Shown: piece after piece, positions 1-12,145 of the stretch
Layout of the letters: each line of letters starts with the position of its first letter
How positions within the stretch are numbered: the first letter of the stretch is position 1
Assembly: GCF_964213995.1 (NCBI RefSeq)
Contig: NW_027590156.1
Coordinates: 62,001-126,000 of the forward strand
Reading direction: 5' to 3'
Length of the DNA: 64,000 bases
Source: Mustelus asterias
Lineage: Eukaryota
Translations under genes and position numbers: made by a program
The notes under the pieces: generated by a model
The model's database searches: none
What the model saw: the letters and a program-made list of their open reading frames with translations, nothing else
Told to the model about the DNA's origin: nothing

Positions 1-1370
1 ATATAGATCCCAGTCAAGACGGTGTGGAGGTTTTATGGGCATTTGCAGATGATTGTGTTCTCATGCATCTGCTGCCCTTGCCATTTTAGTGTCAGAGTTA
101 ATGTGTTTGGAAGTTGCTACCAAAGGATTATGTTGCTGCTACACAAGTTGTATATGGGTCACACGACTAGAGTTGTACATCTGTGATGCAGAGAGTGAAT
201 GTTTAAAGTGGTTGGTGGGGTGTCCATCCAGCCGCCTGCTTTTTACTGGGTGGTTTCGAGCTTTTTGGGGGTTGGTTCAGGACCATACGCCAGGCAAGTG
301 GAGAATATTCAATCACAATCCTGACTTTTGCCTTTATATGATGGATAGGTTTGGGAAATCTGGAGGTGAGTTACTTAGCGCACAATTCCCAGCATCTGAC
401 CTGCTTTTGTAGCAATATTATTTACATGGCTGTCCCAGTTCAATTTTCCATCAATGGCAATTCCCAGAATGATGATAGTCGGGTTTCGGCTGTAGTCATT
501 CCATTAATGGCAAGCGGAGATGATTGCAATCTCCCTTACCTGAAAGGGTCATTGCCTGTCACTTGGGTGGCGCGAATTTCACATGCCACTTCACAGCCAA
601 AACCTGAATGTTTCTAAGTCTTTCTGCTTACGGACACGGATAGCTTCAGTATCTGAGAAGTTGTTAATGTGCTGAACATCGTGCAATCATCAGTGAACAT
701 CCGACTTCTGATCTTGTATTGAAGCGTGAATATTAGGCCGAGGGCACTATCCTGAGGAGTTCCTTCAGCAAATGCACTGTGACTGAGATGATTGGCTTTC
801 AACAGCCACAACCATCTTACTCTGTGCTCGGTATGACTGAAGCCAGTGGAATGTTTTTTTCCCCGGATGCCCATTGACTGCAGCTTTGCTCGGGCTTATT
901 GATGCCACAATCGGTCAAGTACTGCGTTGATGTCGAGGGCCGGCACTCTCACCTCACCTCATTAAAGCAGCTATTTCCACTAGATTTGGACTAAGCTTAA
1001 GTGATTTCTGGAACTGAGTGCTCCGAGTGGGACCCAAACAGAGCATCATTCAGCAGAATTCTAGTATTTGTAGTTGTAGCAGCATTGCTATTATTATGTT
1101 ATTATTAGTTTTTTAGATGATCCTTCATAGTTCCCATTACGTTGATCGAGTGAGGACGCATTGGGGGATATTTGGTCGGGTTGGGTTTGTCCTACCTTCT
1201 GAAACAGGTCATGTCTGCCAATTCTCACACTGTTGTGTATGTGACCGTGATGTAGCTGTACTTGCAGAGATTGGCTGAGGCTCAGCTAGCTCCAGAGCAC
1301 AAATCGTTATTATTATTGCTGAAATATTGTCAGGATCCATAATCTTTGCAGTATCCAATGCTTTCAGCAC
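1..1370 (-). mobile_element. Degenerate CR1/L2-type LINE fragment (RT region)
   Basis: Minus-strand translation shows 'GTPQDSALG...MFTDDCTMFST' (GVPQGSVLG / FADD RT motifs); same family recurs at 4030-4760, 16530-17510, 28490-28920, 48930-49700. Confidence 0.75.
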
Positions 1371-1704
1371 AGGGTTAGGCCACAGATCAATCATGATCAT
1401 ATTGCATGGCGGAGCGGGCTCCAGGGGCTGAATGGTCTACTCCTATTCCTATCCTCCATGTTATCATGTTGAATGAGTTGACCTCCTTGGAGACTGGCAT
1501 CTGTGATGTTCGGGGCATCAGGGAGAGGCCGAGATGGAACATCTTCTGGCTGAAGATGGCAGCAATTGTTTCAGTCTTGTTTCTTTTACCTTTTGCAGAG
1601 CTCCCCCATCATTAAAAATGGGGCTTTCGTTTGAGGCTCCTGCTGCAGTTACTTGTTTAAATGTCCATCACCATTCAGGACTGCATGTGGCAGAACTGCA
1701 AAGT

Positions 1705-1955
1705 TAGGGTCCAGTGTAGTATTTATTGAGGCAGTGCCTTCTTCATGGAATGTAAACCATCAAGATGCCAATTCCATCTGCTGGCAAAATTCTGCAATTA
1801 CAGTTACTGTAAATATATCGCTGTCAGGTATGATTTATGAGAGTAATATACAAATAATTCACATTCATAAATGTAATACCACATCCCCTTCTGCGGAAAG
1901 TGCCCAAATTTAAGGTGCAACGAATTACAGATTAGATGTACGTTGCTGAATAATA
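1705..1955 (-). pseudogene. Decayed Ig C1-set domain, terminal (Cmu4-like) type; relic block F
   Basis: Minus strand, mixed frames: VHLIC...FP...W...YIYSN..IAE...H-E-[gaag duplication]-A-L-P-Q-*-I-L-H-W-T-L, compared with this window's Cmu4 '[12 protein letters not shown]...[13 protein letters not shown]'. Confidence 0.5.
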
Positions 1956-1964
1956 CAGGTTAAG

Positions 1965-2790
1965 TTGTGTCCCGCAGGAGTCTGTCTTGAGGTCTCAATT
2001 ATTTACAATATTCATAACGGCTTAGATAATGACACAAAAATTCAACTAATCCAAATGAAAGATCAAGGTAGTTTTTAGAAGGCACAAAGTAAAATTTAGT
2101 GGATGCCCAGCGAGATTTGGGTGTTCAAGTGAATAGCTTCTTAAAATGCCACGAACTGATGCAGAAAATAGTCAAGCAGGTCAACGGAATTCTGGCCTTT
2201 GTATCTAAAGGACTGGAATATAGCGATGCAGATGTTATGCTGCAATTATGCAAAATCCTGGTTAGAGCCCACCTGGAGTACTGTGCACAGGTTTGGGCAC
2301 CACACCTTTGCAAAGATTTTGGCCCTGGAGGGAGTTGAACGCAGGTTCACAAGAATTATACCTGGCCTTCAGGGGTTAAGTTGCGAGGAGAAATTAGACA
2401 AATTGGGACTTTTTCTCTCGAATTCAGAAGGTTGAGGGGTGTTCTGACAGAAATCTACAAAATATTTACGGGTCGGATCGGGCGGATCAATAAGTTGAAG
2501 GCTCTAGAATAAAGGGCCATAATTTTAAAAAAAACAGGGCCAAGCCGTTCAGGAGAGTTGATGGAAAGTATTTCTACGCACAGAGAGTGGTGGACTTTTG
2601 GAATTCTCTTCCGCAAAGGCCAGTGGGTGCTGGTTCAATTGTTAGATTTATCTCTGAGATCGATTTTTTTATTGAACAGGGGTATCAAGGGATATGGGCC
2701 AAGCGCAGGTACATAGGGTTTGGCCACAGATCAGCGATGATCTTATAAATGGGGGCCGAGTTCGAGAAGCTGAATGGCATGCGTCTGCTT
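1965..2790 (+). mobile_element. CR1 (HER1-like) LINE 3' fragment
   Basis: VPQES-VL, 'LVRAHLEYCAQVWAP', 'RRFTRIIPGL' CR1 ORF2 motifs and CR1 3' tail. Confidence 0.85.
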
Positions 2791-3039
2791 TTTTTATTCA
2801 TGCTTGGGACATGGGCTTCGCTGGCTGGTCAACATTTATTCCCCATACCTAGTTGCCCTTGAGAAGGTTATGGTGAGTTGCCTTCTTGAATCGCTGCAGT
2901 ACATGTTCTGTGGGTAGACCCACAATGCCGTTAGGGAGGAAATTTAAGGATTTTGACTCAGCGATTGTGAAGGAACGGCGATATATTTCCATGTCAGGAT
3001 GGTGAGTGGCTTGGAGGGGAACTTCTGCTCCTCTGTTCC

Positions 3040-3212
3040 TATGATGCCAGGTCAGCATCAAAGCATTATGCCTCAATCCATGGTAATGTATATTTGTTCA
3101 TTTTGGTTAGAAGGAGGAATGCTGACCAGGGCGCTGTTGGAGACAATGGGACCTTTAATGTTCAGTTCAGCAAACATGGTGCTGGGGAAAATGTATTTGT
3201 TCTTCATTCCAT
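3040..3212 (-). pseudogene. Decayed Ig C1-set domain, N-terminal half; relic block E
   Basis: Acceptor tctttcag then phase-1 'DGMKNKYIFPSTMFAELNIKGPIVSNSALVS...EQIYIT(W)', resembling 'VYLLPPS.EEL..K..VTL.CLV....IYITW'; cut by a LINE fragment at ~3030. Confidence 0.45.
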
Positions 3213-3519
3213 CTGAAAGACAGTTGGGGTAATTGTGTCTTAAGCCCCCCAGGAAGCAAAGATGGAATCTTAAGTTGAAGGAAAATGTGTGTGTGTGTGT
3301 GTCCGTGTGAGTGTGTGCGGTTTCTGAAAAACGTCATATTGTTTACAAATCAATTTCACAATGATAACCGGCGTCCTTCCATTTAAAATAAAAAATAGAC
3401 GCAGAGTAAACACATCAATTTCAGAATGGTTTCTTTTTCAAATGTCACCTTTGTTGATGACTGAGAAGGACAATTTTTGAGAGGTTGGCTCTGTTACAAG
3501 TGCTGCCCATGAAGCTACC

Positions 3520-3888
3520 AATTGTGGTTTAATGTTGTCGTTTTCTGTGTCATGAATGAGACCGAGGAGTCCTGATGGAGTGCGACTTTTTCCCAAGTAT
3601 GGTAGTCCCTGCTCTGCTACCAGTGTTGAATGTCTTGATGAGATTGACGAAGGTAAAGATAAGTACATAGGGCATATGAAGCAGATATTTTCCAGAGTCA
3701 ATCTTCCATTAAAAACACAACATTGTGCTTCAGGATAATCCGGATCTTCAAACAGATGAATGTTTTCAGATGTGTCAGTGGCAATGATGTATATATATCT
3801 ATAGTTGTTGCAATGTCCTCTGGCAGCATTTTCTTCCCCGGTAGTGTTGTGCTTTTGAATCATGCATCTCCTGTGGCGCGCATCCTAT
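3520..3888 (-). pseudogene. Decayed Ig C1-set domain; relic block D, copy 1
   Basis: Frameshifted 'KTFICL..DYPEA...WKIDSG...NLIKTFNTGSR...LHQDSS' follows C1 pattern 'TLxCLxxxFYP..WK.DG..NxDGTFxxxS..CxVxHxS'; paralogue at 17730-18110. Confidence 0.5.
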
Positions 3889-4029
3889 CTTCCATTAAGA
3901 AAGAGAAGATCATAAATGTTCATAAAGTTGGTATTTATTTTCACCAATTGCCATCCATTCACGAAGTTGCATAATTTTGTTCACCAGTTATCAACCATTC
4001 ATAAACATTCATATATTTACGTTTTAATT

Positions 4030-4760
4030 TAAGGGATGTGATCGTTGCTGGCTAGGTCAACATTTGTTGCCTATCCCTAATTGCCCTTAGTAAGCTGGTG
4101 GGGAGCTACCTTCTTGAATTGCTGCGAAGCCTCTGGTGTATGTACTCACACAGTGCTGTTACATAGGGTGTTCCAGGATTTCAATCGAGCGACAGTGAAG
4201 GAAGGGCGATATTTTTCCAAGTCAGTTATATGACTGACTTGGAGTGGAATTTACACGTGATATTCCCAGGTAACTCTTACCCCTGTCCTTCCAAATGGTG
4301 ACAGTCCTGTGGTTGGAAGGTGTTGCATAAGAAGTCTTGGTGAGTTCCTGAAGTGAAACTTGTGGATGATGTACAATTCTGCTGTTGTTTGTCGGTGGTG
4401 GAGGGAGTGAGCATTTGCAAATACTATGCCAGTCAAGCCGCCTGCTTTGTCCTGAATGCTATAAAGCTTCTTGAATATTGTTTGAGTTGCACTCATTCTA
4501 GCAAGTGGAGAGAACTCTATTACATGAATGAGTTGTTGTTTTATAGGTGGTGGACAGGTTTGGGGAGTCAGGAGGTGAGTTACTCACAGCAAGCTGACCT
4601 GATATCCCAGCCGCAGCATTTACATATCTAGTTAATTCAGCGATTAGCCAATGGTAACCCCGACGATGTTCATAGTGGGTGATTCAGTATCGTAATATCA
4701 TTGAATGACAAGGAGCAATGGGTAGATTCTCTCTTTTTGGAGATGGTCATTGTCTGGCGC
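4030..4760 (-). mobile_element. CR1/L2-type LINE 3' fragment
   Basis: Same family as 1-1370; part shared with 18570-18790 at the equivalent position of the duplicate. Confidence 0.7.
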
Positions 4761-4769
4761 TCCTATTAC

Positions 4770-5077
4770 TAATAATCTCCAAATCACAAAAATAAATAAA
4801 TATTTCACAAATTATTTTCAGCATTTTATTTGGTACAAATATAGTTGCAGTTTATTTATTGTAGTTTATTGAGATTCAAATTTATTGAGGTCACTTTGGC
4901 CTTTCTGTCACCAAAGAATCAAATCTGCCTCAGAATTCAGCGGGAAGTCGAATCAAATCAGACCGAGGACTCTGAGCAGCTACCCAGCAGCCTCTGCGCT
5001 TTATTGACACGTAATCAGCTCATCATCACACATAAACCCCTGATATATAACTGGAGTGTGTACCATTTTTAAAGTGA
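4770..5077 (-). pseudogene. Decayed Ig C1-like domain; relic block C, copy 1
   Basis: Acceptor tatacag; 'KAQRLLGSC...KVTSINLNL...NYICT' vs Cmu3/Cmu4 '[10 protein letters not shown]', '[11 protein letters not shown]'; paralogue at ~19395-19620. Confidence 0.35.
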
Positions 5078-5170
5078 CTGTATAACTGAAAGGACCTGTA
5101 TCTAATGTTATATATAATTTATAATATCTAATATGACGTTATAGAATCTTAAGATCCAGGTTAATTATTC

Positions 5171-5495
5171 ATAGAACAAAGAATCTACAGTGCGGAATGA
5201 GACCATTGGGCCCATCGAGTCTGGAGCGACCTCAATCCTACCCAGGCCCTGTTCCCGTGACCCCTCATATTAACCCCACTAATGCCCCTGACACGAGGGT
5301 TAATTCAGCATGGCCAATCAACCTGACCTGCACATGTTCGGACGGCAGGAGGAAACTAGAGTACCCGGAGGAAATCCACACAGACACGGAGAGAAATTGC
5401 AAACTCCACAAATACAGTGACCCGAGGACGGAATTGAACCCGGGTCCCTGGCTTTCTGAGGCAGCAGGGCTAACCACTATGACACCATGCCGCCC
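5171..5495 (-). mobile_element. HE1-like tRNA-derived SINE
   Basis: Reverse complement starts gggcggcatggt...gtggttag with A/B boxes and ends in CR1-type tail. Confidence 0.85.
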
Positions 5496-5744
5496 TTGCA
5501 CACTCACAGAGTACTGGAAAGTCATTTACCATTTGAGTCTGTCCAGTGAGTTTCACAATATTTCAATTGCCTCATTATTTTTTTAGCCTGTTACCTTCAC
5601 ATAGCCTGTTACCTGTTTAGCCTGCTACCTTCACATAGGTGATATGTTGAGTGATTTGTTGCACTAGAAAGGGCCACATGTTCCAAACATTACAATCCTC
5701 CCCCCTCAACCTAATCCCTCTTTCCATCTTGGATTTGAAGATTT

Positions 5745-6320
5745 TGAAGACATCGGTGAGGCTACACTTGGAATGCTGTGTACAGTTCTGGTCACCCTAT
5801 TATAGAACGGATATTATTAAGCTAGAAAGAGTGCAGAAAAGTTTTACTAGAATGCTACGAGGCCTTGTTGGTTTGAGTTGTAGGGAGGGGCTGGATAGAC
5901 TGGGAATTTTTCTCCGGAGCGTAGGAGGCTTGGGGGGATCTTATCGCTGTCTATAAAATAATGAGGTGCATAGATCAGCTCGATAGTCAATATATTTTCC
6001 CAATGGTAGAGGAGTCTAAAACGAGAGGGCATAGGTTTAAGATGAGAGTGGAGAGATACAAAATGGTTCAGAGGGGATATTGTTTCACACAGAGTGTGGC
6101 AAGTGTCTGGAACAGGCTGCCAGAGGTAGTGGTAGAGGAGGGTACAATTTTGTCTTTTAAAAAGGGTTTAGACAGTTACATGGGTAGGATGGGTACAGAG
6201 GGTTATGGGCCAAACGCGGGAAATTGGGATAAGCTTAGTGGTTAATAAAAAGGACGGCATGGACAAGTTGGGCCGAAATGCTTGTGTCCATGCTGTCAAC
6301 CTCTATGACTCTATGACTCT
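5745..6320 (+). mobile_element. CR1 LINE 3' fragment
   Basis: 'LHLECCVQFWSPYY..DIIKLERVQ', 'SKTRGH', tail (ctctatga)n. Confidence 0.9.
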
Positions 6321-6429
6321 AGTCACCATCAGCAGATGGAAAAAAAATCAGACTGCTCTTAGTTCATTTGTTCCCGATATCTCGGGGATTGAATTCACCG
6401 AGAAAATCTGGAAGGACTAAATTTTGCAG

Positions 6430-8410
6430 CACAGCATTAAAGCAAAAGTTAAAGCATACAAAGCCGCAAAGATTAGTGGGAAGCCAGAGGATTGGGACGC
6501 ATTTCAAAGCAAGCAGAGGACAACTAAAAAAGCAATAAGGGGGAGAAGATGAAATATGAGTGTAAGCTAGGTAGTAATATGAAATAAGACAGGGAGAGTT
6601 TTTTTCAATATAAAAAAAGGTAAGAAAGATGCAAAAATTGCCATTGGACCACTGGAAAATTAGACTGGAGAAGTAATAACAGGAAACAAAGCAATGGCAG
6701 AGGAACTGAATAGTTACTTTGCATCAGTCTTCACGGTGGAAGACACCAGTGGAATGCCAGAGCTCCAGGAGAGTCCAGAGGCACAGGTGACTGTAGTGGC
6801 CATCACTAAGGAGAATATTCTGGGTAAATTGAAAGGTCTGAAGGTGGATAAATCACCTGGACCGGAAGGACTACACCGCAGGGTTCTAAAAGAGATAGCT
6901 GAGGAAATTGTGGAAGCATTGGTGGTGGTCTTTCAGAAATCACTGGAGGCAGGGAGTGTACCAGAGGACTGGAAAGTAGCGAATGCAGCACCACTGTTTA
7001 AGATGGGAGGGAGGCAGCAGACGAGAAATTATAGGCCGGTTAGCCTGGCTTCGGTCATTGGCAAGACTTTAAATTCCATTATCAAAGATGAGACCGCAGA
7101 GTACATGGAAGGGCATGATAAAGTAGGAATGAGTCAGCACAGTTTTGTGAAGGGGAGGTAATATCTGACAAATCTGTTAGAGTTCTTGGAGGAGGTAACA
7201 AGGAAGTTAGATAAATGAGAGCCAGTGGACATGATTTATTTAGATTTCCAGAAGGCCTTTGACAAGGTGCCGAAAAGGAGACTGTTAAATAAGTTAAATG
7301 CCCATGGTGTAAAGGGTAAGATCCTGGCATGGATAGAGGATTGGTTGATTGGCAGAAGGCAGAGAGTGGGAAAAAAGGGGTCTTTCTCAGGATGGCAGCC
7401 GGTGACTAGTGGTGTGCCTCAGGGGTCAGTGCTGGGACCACAACTTTTCACAGTATGCATTAGCGATTTGGAGGAAAGAACTGAAGGTACTGTTGCTAAG
7501 TTTGCAGATGATACAAAGATATGTAGAGGGACAGGTAATATTGAGTAAGCGGGGGGGCTGCAGAAGGGCTTGGACAGGTTAGCAGAGTCGGCAAAGATGT
7601 GGCAGCTGGAATACAATTTGGGAAAGTGTGAGGTTACGCGCTTGGAAGGAGGAATGGAGGCATAGACTATTTTCTAAATGGGAAAATGCTGAGGAAATCA
7701 AAAATACGAAGGGACTTGGGAGTCATTGTTCAAGATTCTCTTAAGGTTAAAGTGCAGGTTCAGGAAGGCAAATGCAATGTTTGCATTCATGTCGAGAGGG
7801 CTCGAATACAAGAGCAGGAATGTAATTCTGAGGCTGTACAAGGCTCTGGTCAGACCCAATTGGAGTATTGTGAGTCTTGGGCCCCATATCTAAGGAAGGA
7901 TGTGCTGGCCATGGAAAGGGTCCAGTGGAGTTTCACAAGAATGATTCCTGGAATGAAGCGCTTGCTGTATGAGGAATGGTTGAGTCCTCTGGATCTGCAC
8001 TCGTTGGAGTTTTGAAGGATGAGGGGAGATCTTATTGAAACTTTCAGGCTACTGCGAGGCCTGGATAGAGTGGGCGTGGAGAGGATGTTTCCACTCGTAG
8101 GAAAAACTAGAACCAGAGGGCATAACCTCAGACTAAAGGGACGATCCTTTAAAACAGAGATGAGGAGGAATTTCTTCAGCCAGAGTGTGGTAAATTTGTG
8201 GATCTCTTGCCGCAGAAGGCTGTGGAGGCCGGGCCATTGGGTGTTTTTAAGACAAAGATAGAGGAGTTTGTGAGTAATAAGAGGATCAGTGCTTATGGGG
8301 AAAAGGCAAGAGAATGTGGATGAGAAAAATGTCAGCCATGATTGAATGGCGGAGCAGACTCGATGGACCGAGTGGCCTCATTCTGCTCCTATGTCTTATG
8401 TTTTATGGAC
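6430..8410 (+). mobile_element. CR1 (HER1-like) LINE, 5'-truncated, disrupted ORF2 RT
   Basis: ORFs 6694-7161, 7225-7548, 7686-8261: [43 protein letters not shown]; stops and frameshifts; (cttatg)n tail. Confidence 0.95.
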
Positions 8411-8614
8411 TTATGGTCTTATATACTGACACACTTGGAATAAAGGACCTGCTTCGATTTTTGAAGTAGTAAATCACAAATATGTGCATGTAGAACAGCA
8501 AACTTTAGGACAAGCTATCGTTACATCCATTCATCCACTCACTGATTCCTCAATCAAAACATTCAGGCATCCAACTATCGTTCATCCCTGCATCACCGCA
8601 AGCATTCCTTTATT

Positions 8615-8965
8615 TTTGGGTAGATGGTGGCGTAACATTAATGCCAGTGTACCAGTAATCCAGAAGCCCAGGCCAATGATGTGGAGACACGAGATTAAAT
8701 CCGACCCTGGCAGCTGGTGGAATTTGAATTCAATCAATAAATCTGGAATACATACTGACAGCGACCAGATAAACCTCTCTGATTCCCCAATGAAGGAAAT
8801 CTGCCATCCCTACCTGGTCTCATCAGGATGTGACTGCAGACGGACAGCAATATAACTAACTGGGCAATGCCTTCTGAGATGCCCTAGCATACCACTCAGT
8901 TCAAGAGAAATTAGGCAAAGGGAATAAATGTTGGCCTTTCCAGAGATTCTGACGTCCCATGGAAG
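8615..8965 (+). mobile_element. Deu-domain (SacSINE1-like) SINE
   Basis: tRNA-like head, 'gaaggaaatctgccatcc.tacctggtct' core; counterpart at 20235-20570. Confidence 0.65.
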
Positions 8966-9064
8966 GGTAAAGTGAAATAAAACACAAGCATACATGTTTT
9001 TCTAGTATAAAATATATCACCTCTCTGAATCAACTCTCATAATCTGCCGGTATTTTTTTTATAT

Positions 9065-9414
9065 CCATCCATCAATGTTTTGTTGTGTTGGAGAGATCAT
9101 CATTGTTGCTAACAAGGTGCCAGAGGAGCTGAATACTTTCTTTTCCGAAGAAATGGCAAACATTCATAGATGTTTGCAACTTAAAAATAATTAAATTGCC
9201 TCCAGTACTGTTGCTGGGTAGATTTGTTTATAAATAGGCCCCATTGACAATGCTGAGAGTTTGAAGTTGGCTTGCAGCCAAGTGTTCAGTACTGAGGAAA
9301 CAGGTTTTTGATTTACTGAACAAACACCCTCAGATGCTTCCTGTAAATATTTTTGGGTATTTGGCAGCAGGCTGGACTGTTGCCAAATACTGCGTAGGAC
9401 AGGTTAACGTGAAT
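9065..9414 (-). pseudogene. Decayed Ig C1-set domain (Cmu2-like); relic block B, copy 1
   Basis: Acceptor ttacag, phase-1 frame 'QSSLLPNT...GVCSVNQKP..VLNTWLQ...KQIYPA...EKKVFS...PTQQNIDG' vs Cmu2 '[26 protein letters not shown]'. Confidence 0.5.
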
Positions 9415-9814
9415 CTGTAAGGATAACATGGGACTTCGTCAGTTATACAATAAATGTTTTATTCACAAAAGGAAGGCACATTTTAAATGGCTTTTCTTCT
9501 AAGCAAATATTTTAAATGAATGCACTTTTCATTATGTGATTAAAAAGTATCGGAAACTAGTCAATTGACTTGATGCTATTTCATTTGTATAGCCTCCAAA
9601 GAAATGTCCTTCCAACAATTAAAGCCTCTTTATGAACAACTTCATGAAGTGCAGGAAAAATATGTTGATGTCCCCAATCCCTCAGTCCAATGAGATCAGT
9701 GGAAAGGCACAAAAATGAAAATAATTAAAAGTAAAAGAAAATCATATATCTGCCTTGAACAGCGGGAATTTCTGGAAAATTCTCAATGTTCTGCTCCTCA
9801 TTAAAAACTTATAC

Positions 9815-10090
9815 CTGATGTACAACGTGTTCTGTTGTCCAGCATAATCTGGTTTCGATTATTTAACAGTCCCTCTCATAACTGCCAATGAGTGAAGAAA
9901 TGACCAGTTCATAACCTGGTTCAGTGAAAGATAAAATATTTATTCTTGTGATATTGTGCATTATGCCGCAAAGTCCTGATATCCTGTGTTCCCAATACCA
10001 GCTGCTCGCCAATAAAATGAACGGTCATGATTTGCCTGCTGAAGGAGAACTTTCCTGATTGCCGTGTTCCGTTCTAATTCATTAGCTTCT
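9815..10090 (-). pseudogene. Decayed Ig-superfamily domain; relic block A, copy 1
   Basis: 'WY...GYELVISSL...TRLCWTTEH' then cag|gtataa donor; paralogue 21418-21705. Confidence 0.4.
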
Positions 10091-10257
10091 TTGTCAAAAG
10101 TCAATGTCAATTTTATGTTTCTCTGTCAACTCAATGCTTAATTGTAAGTCAAGAAGTTTTCTTTCACCGTTAATTTTCACAGGGTTAAGGAGCTGTTGGG
10201 GAAATATATGGTGTAACATTGTATCAGATAAGGAGTTTATTTTGTTAATTTATTAGT

Positions 10258-10865
10258 GGGCGGCACGGTAGCATAGTGGTTACCATTGCTACTTACAGCA
10301 TCAAGGAGTGATGGTTCAATTCCCGGAATGGGTCACTGTCTGTGTGTAGTCTGCACATTCTCCAATTGTCTGCCTGTTTACTCCCATTGTCCAAAGATAT
10401 GCCAATTAGGTTGTTTGGCGATGATGAATTGTCCCATAGAATCAAGCGAATGAGCAGGGATGGGAATAGGGCCTGGGGAAGAGCGTTGTCGGTGCGGGCC
10501 CGATATGCTCCTTCTGCACTGCAGGGATCCTATGGACATGGGTGCCGCTGGCTGATCAGCATTTATTGCCCACCCATTGTCGAGGGCAGTTGAGAGCTGA
10601 ACACATTGCTGTGGCTCTGCAATCACATGTAGGCTAGATGAGGTAAGGACGGAATATTTCCTGCTCGAAAGGACATTAATGAACCAGATAGGTTTTTACA
10701 CAATCGACAATGATATCATGGTCATAAGTAGATTCTTAATTCCGGACGTTTTTACTGAATTTAAATTCCACCATCTGCCGTTCCGGGATTCGAAGCCGGG
10801 TCCTGAGAACATTAGTTGAGTTTGTGGATTAATTGTCTAGCGATAATAACGCTCGGCCACTGCTT
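10258..10865. mobile_element. HE1-like SINE (+, ~10258-10535) abutting Deu-type SINE (-, ~10535-10865)
   Basis: gggcggcacggtagc head on +; tRNA-like head on - at ~10865. Confidence 0.8.
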
Positions 10866-11282
10866 CCCTTCTTCTTATATCCAGTCGCAAATTACAGTGA
10901 TAGCTATCCACACCTGAAACACAATCATCCCAGCATTAAGTTACATAAATCGATAATAATTCTTCAAATGAATTATATTTCGCTTTAATGTATCAGAGAC
11001 ACAGAATTATTGTAAATCAGACTGACGTCTTTACCCTGATAAGGTAATGTCATCTGTTTATGTCCATTCCCTTGTGAAGAGGTGCAGAAATAAAGGCACT
11101 TAATTTAGAATGAAATTGTTTATTTTTTCTAACAGATGCTCAAATGCAATTTCACCTCTTGGACTAGCAGAGACATGACAATGGATTTCACTGTTACTCC
11201 CTCGGGTTAGTCTGTCTCTGGAATGTTCCATTGTCAGCAATCAATTCACCGGGAATAATCCTTGGTGTTTTTGACATATTTT

Positions 11283-11585
11283 ATTTGATTTCATTTGACT
11301 TATTATTATCGCATATATTAGTACACAGTGCAAATTATTGTTTCTTGCGCACTATACAGTCGGAGCATAACGTATATAGGGAAGGAAGGGAGAGAGTGAA
11401 TAATGTAATTTTGCAGTCATAGCTAGGGTGTAGAGAAAGATGAACTTAATGCGACGGAGGTCCATTCAAACGTCTGATAGCAGCAGGAAATAAATTGTTT
11501 TTCAGTCGGTTTATACGTGTCCTCAGACTTTTGTATCTTGTTCCCGATGTAATAAGGTGAGAGAGTATGTCCGGAGTGCGTGGCG
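11283..11585 (-). mobile_element. Rex1/Babar-like LINE 3' end inside the leader-V intron of the pseudo-VH
   Basis: Same 3' sequence as 43780-44190 and 61010-62240; flanks match intron 22596-22640. Confidence 0.7.
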
Positions 11586-11619
11586 TTTTATTTTCATAGG
11601 ATTTTAGATATTTTTACAA

Positions 11620-12145
11620 GTGTCGAATCGGAGGTTGTGTTGAGTCAGCGAGAGGCAGAAAGTGGGCGCCCCTGAAACTCTTTGAGACTGACCTGCAAAG
11701 CCAACGCATTCAATGTTGCAGAAACATGGATGGTCTGGGTCCGACAGGTCCCTGAACAGTGTTTACAGTGTCTTCTTCAGTACGATAGTCTTGGGTCAAC
11801 CTACAATTCCTCCGCCCCAGGATTCAGAATCAATTTACTCCGCCCAAAGACACTTCAAACAACGTCAAGAGAAAATGCTGGAAAATCTCATCAAGTCTGG
11901 CAGCATCTGTAAGGAGAGAGAAGAGCTGACTTTTCGATTCCAGATGACCCTTTTGTCAAAGCTTTGTCAAAAGGTCATCTGGATTCGAAATGTCAGCTAT
12001 TTTCTCTCCCTCACAGATATTGCCAGGACTGCTGAGATTTTCCAGCATTTTCTCTTTTGGTTTCAATTCCAGAATCCGTAGTAATTTGCTTTTATACTTC
12101 AAACGACATCGTCTCTTTGGAAATAACTGAAAACCGAAGATTCCT
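11620..12145 (+). pseudogene. IGHV: IgM-type VH pseudogene (orphan; no RSS, D, J or C seen)
   Basis: EVVLSQREAESGRP*NSLRLTCK...WMVWVRQVP...KDTSN; acceptor cag>caa, TGA at 11673, FR3 frameshift, insertion 11867-12095, truncated at 'TEDS' before YYC. Confidence 0.9.
11867..12095. mobile_element. Hairpin-forming (inverted repeat) insertion in pseudo-VH FR3, probably Penelope-derived
   Basis: aagagaaaatgctggaaaatctca...tgagattttccagcattttctctt arms; imperfect 15-bp TSD acttcaaacaacgtc (11852-11866) / acttcaaacgacatc (12096-12110). Confidence 0.7.

Noticed and set aside
1730-3212. Adhesion-GPCR GAIN/GPS-like reading ('GC...CNC...ILM')
   Set aside because: Lacks CxxW and HL-T/S motifs and no 7TM exons seen; HEALP and YIFPS motifs fit Ig C domains better.
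4770-10090. MHC class I alpha1/alpha2-like readings of relic blocks (e.g. 'SGVYV-DDEL', 'CWVAA', 'FWDRF', 'HDRSFYW')
   Set aside because: They need different frames in each copy, and one motif lies in a copy-specific insertion; a C1-set reading explains more blocks consistently. Not formally excluded without HMM searches.
11175-11211. Possible leader exon of the pseudo-VH (ATG...g|gttagt)
   Set aside because: Too short and divergent to call.
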